Source of the DNA: Vampirovibrionaceae bacterium NZW_1234
Lineage (GTDB): Bacteria; Cyanobacteriota; Vampirovibrionia; Vampirovibrionales; JAGQHJ01
Assembly: GCA_041697335.1 (NCBI GenBank)
Contig: JBGUGD010000007.1
Location: forward strand, 96,001 to 160,000
Direction of reading: 5' to 3'
Length of the DNA: 64,000 nt
Part shown: piece by piece, positions 60,379-64,000 of the stretch
Layout of the letters: every line of letters begins with the position of its first letter
Numbering within the stretch: position 1 is the first letter of the stretch
Notes under the pieces: model-generated
What the model saw: the letters and a program-made list of their open reading frames with translations, nothing else
The model's database searches: none
What the model was told of the DNA's origin: nothing
Program-made: the position numbers and the translations under genes

Positions 60379-60909
60379 ATGAGCGAACAAGAACGCCAAG
60401 GGGTGATTACCTTTAAAGGCAATCCGTTAACCTTGATTGGGCCGGAAATCAATGTGGGGGACCAGGCTCCCGATTTTACCGTATTGGCCAACGACCTGTC
60501 TCCCGTGACGCTTGAAAGCACGAAAGGCAAAACCCGACTCATCGTCACTGTTCCTTCTCTGGATACTCCGGTGTGCGATACCGAAGTCCGCCGCTTTAAC
60601 CAGGAAGCCTCTCAGTTGTCCAATACCGAAGTTTTGGTTATCAGCATGGACTTGCCTTTTGCCCAAACCCGCTGGTGTGGTGCTGCTGGAATCAGCAACG
60701 TTAAAACCCTGTCCGATCACCGGGACGCTTCTTTTAGCAAAAACTTCGGCGTTCTGATCAAGGAGCTCAAGTTGACTGCTCGGGCTATTTTTGTTTTAGA
60801 TGCCAACAATAAAGTGGTTTATAAGGAAATTGTTTCCGAAGTAACCCAAGAGCCTAACTATGAAGCGGCTTTAAAGGCGGCTTCCGCTCAGCCTGTTGGC
60901 GCTCGTTAA
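60379..60909 (+). CDS. tpx: Thiol peroxidase
   Basis: [29 protein letters not shown]. Confidence 0.96.
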   Translation: MSEQERQGVITFKGNPLTLIGPEINVGDQAPDFTVLANDLSPVTLESTKGKTRLIVTVPSLDTPVCDTEVRRFNQEASQLSNTEVLVISMDLPFAQTRWCGAAGISNVKTLSDHRDASFSKNFGVLIKELKLTARAIFVLDANNKVVYKEIVSEVTQEPNYEAALKAASAQPVGAR

Positions 60910-60935
60910 TCAAACGCCTGATTTGTAGGACCCTT

Positions 60936-60970
60936 AACCCCCTTGGGCATTTTGTCCAAGGGGGTTTTTG
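60936..60970 (+). terminator. Intrinsic terminator after tpx
   Basis: AACCCCCTTGGGCA-ttt-TGTCCAAGGGGGTT followed by T residues. Confidence 0.88.
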
Positions 60971-61145
60971 TTTATTTATAAACGTAACCCTAAAGGATGG
61001 ACTAAAACTTGTTGAGTCGAGCGCAACATTTTTTTCCTTCAGTGGCCTTAATTTGATTAATCCGAATTGATCCCTTTTCAATCCGGTTTGTTTCTCCTTT
61101 AATCATCCAATGAACATATCTTGAGGAACGGTGGGTATAATCTGA

Positions 61146-63491
61146 ATGGGTATAATTACGTTTCAAAATTTAAATGTCGGCGCGTTGCTTGCTCAGAAGT
61201 CTAAGAGAGCCTCAACGCAACGAGGCACCCCAACAGAGGCCCCCATTAACAGGCGTTTGGGGGCGTTTGCAACGTCTTCCTCTATTTCCCCTCAAAACTG
61301 GAGAGCCTACAAGCTCCAGGTACCCCGGTTTGGACGCCACTTGACCCAAGGGGATCGCAATCATTTGCAGTATTTAGGTGCACATTACCTTGGCAATAAT
61401 CGGGCCGTTTTTCGGGTTTTTGCTCCTGCTGCCAAACAAATGCAGCTTCAACTGACATCTTCCAGTCATCACGGGGCCTACTATGATCCAGTGGCTCCCG
61501 ATGATACGCGAACACTCCCGATGAAACCTCATCCGAGAGACCCTCGGGTCTTTGAAATTGAAGTGGATCAGGTGGTGCCGGGCCACTTGTATCGGTTTGT
61601 TCTTGAGGCAGATCAATCCCGTCGGTACTTGAAAGATCCCAGATCGCAGTTTCAACCCAATGATACGTTTGGTTGGTCGCAACTGATCGATCATGGGGCT
61701 TTTCAATGGACTGATTCTCAATGGAAATCTCCATTTTCCCATCGCAATGACTCTGGTCAGTCAGGAATTCCACCCGGTATGGTGATGGCGGAACTCCATC
61801 TGGCGACCTTGGGGGGATATGATGCTGCTAAAAAAGAAATTGATCGACTTGCGGCAGAAGGTGTCTGTAATACGGTTGAGATTATGCCAATCGGAGAAGG
61901 CTATGGCAAGCTGGGGTGGGGGTTTGATGAGGTGGATAAATTTGCCCCTGAAAGTGGTTTAGGGAGTCCGGAAGCCTTCAAATCACTGGTGGATTACAGT
62001 CATAAAAAGGGTTTAAGTGTTGTTTTGCATGTCGTTCCCAATCACTTTGGACCCTATGGGAATGTCGTTCATGAGTTTGGTGAAGCCTTGGCCTCCAAGG
62101 ATACGGGGTGGGGCCGTCGGCTGAATTTTGACAGCCATAATCGTGACTATATGCGTGATTACATGGTTGACATGATGATGAACTGGGTCGTGAATTATCA
62201 TGTGGATGGATTTCGCATGGATGCGTTGCAAGAGGTGGATTCCGATCAGGCGATGAAACTGATGACCTCCGAATTGCGAAGTCATCCCGAGACGTCGAAG
62301 ACAATCCTGATCGCCGAAAGTATGACCAAATCCAAGCGTCTTACGGCACCTCTGGAAGCTCATTTTATTAACAATCCCGAAGATGAAGTCAACAAGGCCC
62401 AAGCATGTTCTACAGCGCTTCTAAAACAAGGTTATGATGCGCAAGAGATTTTTGATTTTCGAAGTGTCGTGACTGCTTTGGCGATGGATTGGACCATCTA
62501 CGACTGTTCCCCGAGTATTGATGACTTGGCGACAGTATTTCGTCAAGGACAGCGCTACTTTGAACCTTATGGTCAGCATTTACCAACACCACCAGGGTCA
62601 AACAATGTGATCTATGTCAGTGCCCACGACGAGAACGATACGTTCGGGGGAACAAGGCTAGTGCCTCGCTTAATTGCGACTCGGTTAGGTCTGACCCCGG
62701 ATCGACAGTTGACAGATGCCCATAAGCTTAACAAGAAGCCGTTTCGAGATGTATTACCCCTTTTAAAACTGTATCTTCAGCCTAATATGACAGAACAGCA
62801 ATGGAACCAACAGACGGGTGCTCTGGGGTTATCGTTTCAGGTTCCATTGAGTCGGTTTGCTCAGGCCTATCATGAGGCAAAAGCGCTTAATCGTTTAACC
62901 ATGGGGACAATGTTTGTCCATCCTGGACAGAAACGTGTCTTTATGGGCGATCAGCGAGGTGAACTGGCACCTTTTAATTTTAATGGCGAATATCCACCAG
63001 ATGCGAAACATGGGGATAAACCTCTGGCAGATTATGTTTCCGAGCAAAAAGGGTATCGACTGGGCCATGAGGCCTATGCTCAATCTTTGCTGGATCAACC
63101 CGAACTGACCGATCCGATTTGGCAGCGCCAAATGCTTTTATATAGTCAAGATTTGGCGAGATTGCTTCGTACGAACAAAGCTCTGAATAATGGGAGCTTC
63201 ACAAACCTTAAAACCGCTGTGAATCAGCAGCATAAGTTGTTGTTTGTTCATCGCTGGCAGGATAACCATGAGGTGATCGCTGTGATGAACTATGGAGAAA
63301 AGGACTTGCAGAATTTTTCTCTCAATAGCTTTGGCATTTTTCCTCAAGGAACTTGGGAAGAGGTCTTAAACAGCAACGAGGCCAAGTATGGGGGAGACGG
63401 CCAGAACGTGAACGGTGCAAAAGGTATTACTCAACAACAATCTCAAGTGTCGGTTCCTCGACATAGTCTTTTAATTTTTCAAAAGCGATAA
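61146..63491 (+). CDS. GH13 alpha-glucan enzyme (TreZ/branching-enzyme-like) with CBM48-like domain and RFG leader
   Basis: GAH..FRVFAPAA, VVPNHFGP, DGFRMDA, LIAES, SAHDE, WEEVLNS..YGG. Confidence 0.88.
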   Translation: MGIITFQNLNVGALLAQKSKRASTQRGTPTEAPINRRLGAFATSSSISPQNWRAYKLQVPRFGRHLTQGDRNHLQYLGAHYLGNNRAVFRVFAPAAKQMQLQLTSSSHHGAYYDPVAPDDTRTLPMKPHPRDPRVFEIEVDQVVPGHLYRFVLEADQSRRYLKDPRSQFQPNDTFGWSQLIDHGAFQWTDSQWKSPFSHRNDSGQSGIPPGMVMAELHLATLGGYDAAKKEIDRLAAEGVCNTVEIMPIGEGYGKLGWGFDEVDKFAPESGLGSPEAFKSLVDYSHKKGLSVVLHVVPNHFGPYGNVVHEFGEALASKDTGWGRRLNFDSHNRDYMRDYMVDMMMNWVVNYHVDGFRMDALQEVDSDQAMKLMTSELRSHPETSKTILIAESMTKSKRLTAPLEAHFINNPEDEVNKAQACSTALLKQGYDAQEIFDFRSVVTALAMDWTIYDCSPSIDDLATVFRQGQRYFEPYGQHLPTPPGSNNVIYVSAHDENDTFGGTRLVPRLIATRLGLTPDRQLTDAHKLNKKPFRDVLPLLKLYLQPNMTEQQWNQQTGALGLSFQVPLSRFAQAYHEAKALNRLTMGTMFVHPGQKRVFMGDQRGELAPFNFNGEYPPDAKHGDKPLADYVSEQKGYRLGHEAYAQSLLDQPELTDPIWQRQMLLYSQDLARLLRTNKALNNGSFTNLKTAVNQQHKLLFVHRWQDNHEVIAVMNYGEKDLQNFSLNSFGIFPQGTWEEVLNSNEAKYGGDGQNVNGAKGITQQQSQVSVPRHSLLIFQKR

Positions 63492-63606
63492 GGTGATTAA
63501 GAGAATCACATGAATTAATTAAGGCTATAGGACAAGTGTTTAGTATTCTTTTGTCATCCTTACGGGTACAGTAGATGATGAGTCTCAGCCAAACTGAGTG
63601 GTCTAC

Positions 63607-64000
63607 ATGTACCGATTCTTTCAGAATTCTGCCTATTCAGGGGCGGATAATCGATTTACTCGCCAAATGCAATCCGGGCTAACCTTTCTAAAATTGTTGT
63701 ACAAGAAAATCATGCGGGATGATTGTACCGGGTTGGCCAGCCAGATGGCCTATAACCTAATTATGTCATTGATCCCGGCACTGATTTTTTTAATCTCGCT
63801 TTTCGGAATCATTGGTCAACAGACCACTTTTTTGCCCTTATTGTTGAATAGCCTGGAAAAATTGGCTCCAGCACCTACATTCCTTCTTCTTAAACAGACC
63901 ATTCTATCGATTGTGGAAACAAGTTCTACACAGCTAACAATTTTGGGGCTTATTTTCTCTCTGTGGTCTGCTGCAAGAGGCTTAGGAGTTTTGGTTAAAG
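63607..64000 (+). CDS. YihY/BrkB-family membrane protein, partial
   Basis: Not in the ORF track. Manual translation: ...DDCTGLASQMAYNLIMSLIPALIFL...GLIFSLWSAARG; start 63607 or 63667. Confidence 0.85.
   Translation, partial: MYRFFQNSAYSGADNRFTRQMQSGLTFLKLLYKKIMRDDCTGLASQMAYNLIMSLIPALIFLISLFGIIGQQTTFLPLLLNSLEKLAPAPTFLLLKQTILSIVETSSTQLTILGLIFSLWSAARGLGVLVK

Noticed and set aside
1..64000. IS elements, prophage, rRNA/tRNA, known defence systems
   Set aside because: No transposase, integrase, phage structural, defence or structural RNA signatures recognised

Overview
Bacterial chromosomal window with no rRNA, tRNA, CRISPR, transposase or phage genes that I can support. Protein style (many N-terminal 'RFG' leaders, pentapeptide repeat, PilM-like gene, no photosynthesis genes) tentatively suggests a non-photosynthetic Cyanobacteriota relative (Vampirovibrionia/Melainabacteria-like); this is inference only. 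Content, left to right: a galactose/galactofuranose cluster (GH1-like, GT-Glf fusion, galK, NDP-sugar synthase, galE); a general-stress and DNA-repair block (rhodanese, hemerythrin, DUF2231, nfi, SDR, nth, ferritin-like, polX, DUF72); many small accessory genes; a three-gene beta-oxidation operon whose first gene is a FadE-FadD fusion behind a perfect sigma-28 consensus; a metX-metB operon; a four-gene operon behind a Fur-like box; an unusual sigma-54 activator; an FkbM gene between direct repeats; tpx; a GH13 enzyme; and a partial YihY gene. Two observations stand out. (1) A complete-looking ribosome-mediated attenuator with a methionine-rich leader peptide (MAMMMMPMP) and mutually exclusive 1:2, 2:3 and 3:4 hairpins upstream of metX-metB. 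(2) A recurrent non-Sec N-terminal leader ending in R/S-F-G (or RFAG/RFTG) on about 9-11 otherwise mostly unrelated proteins, a candidate export or targeting signal.
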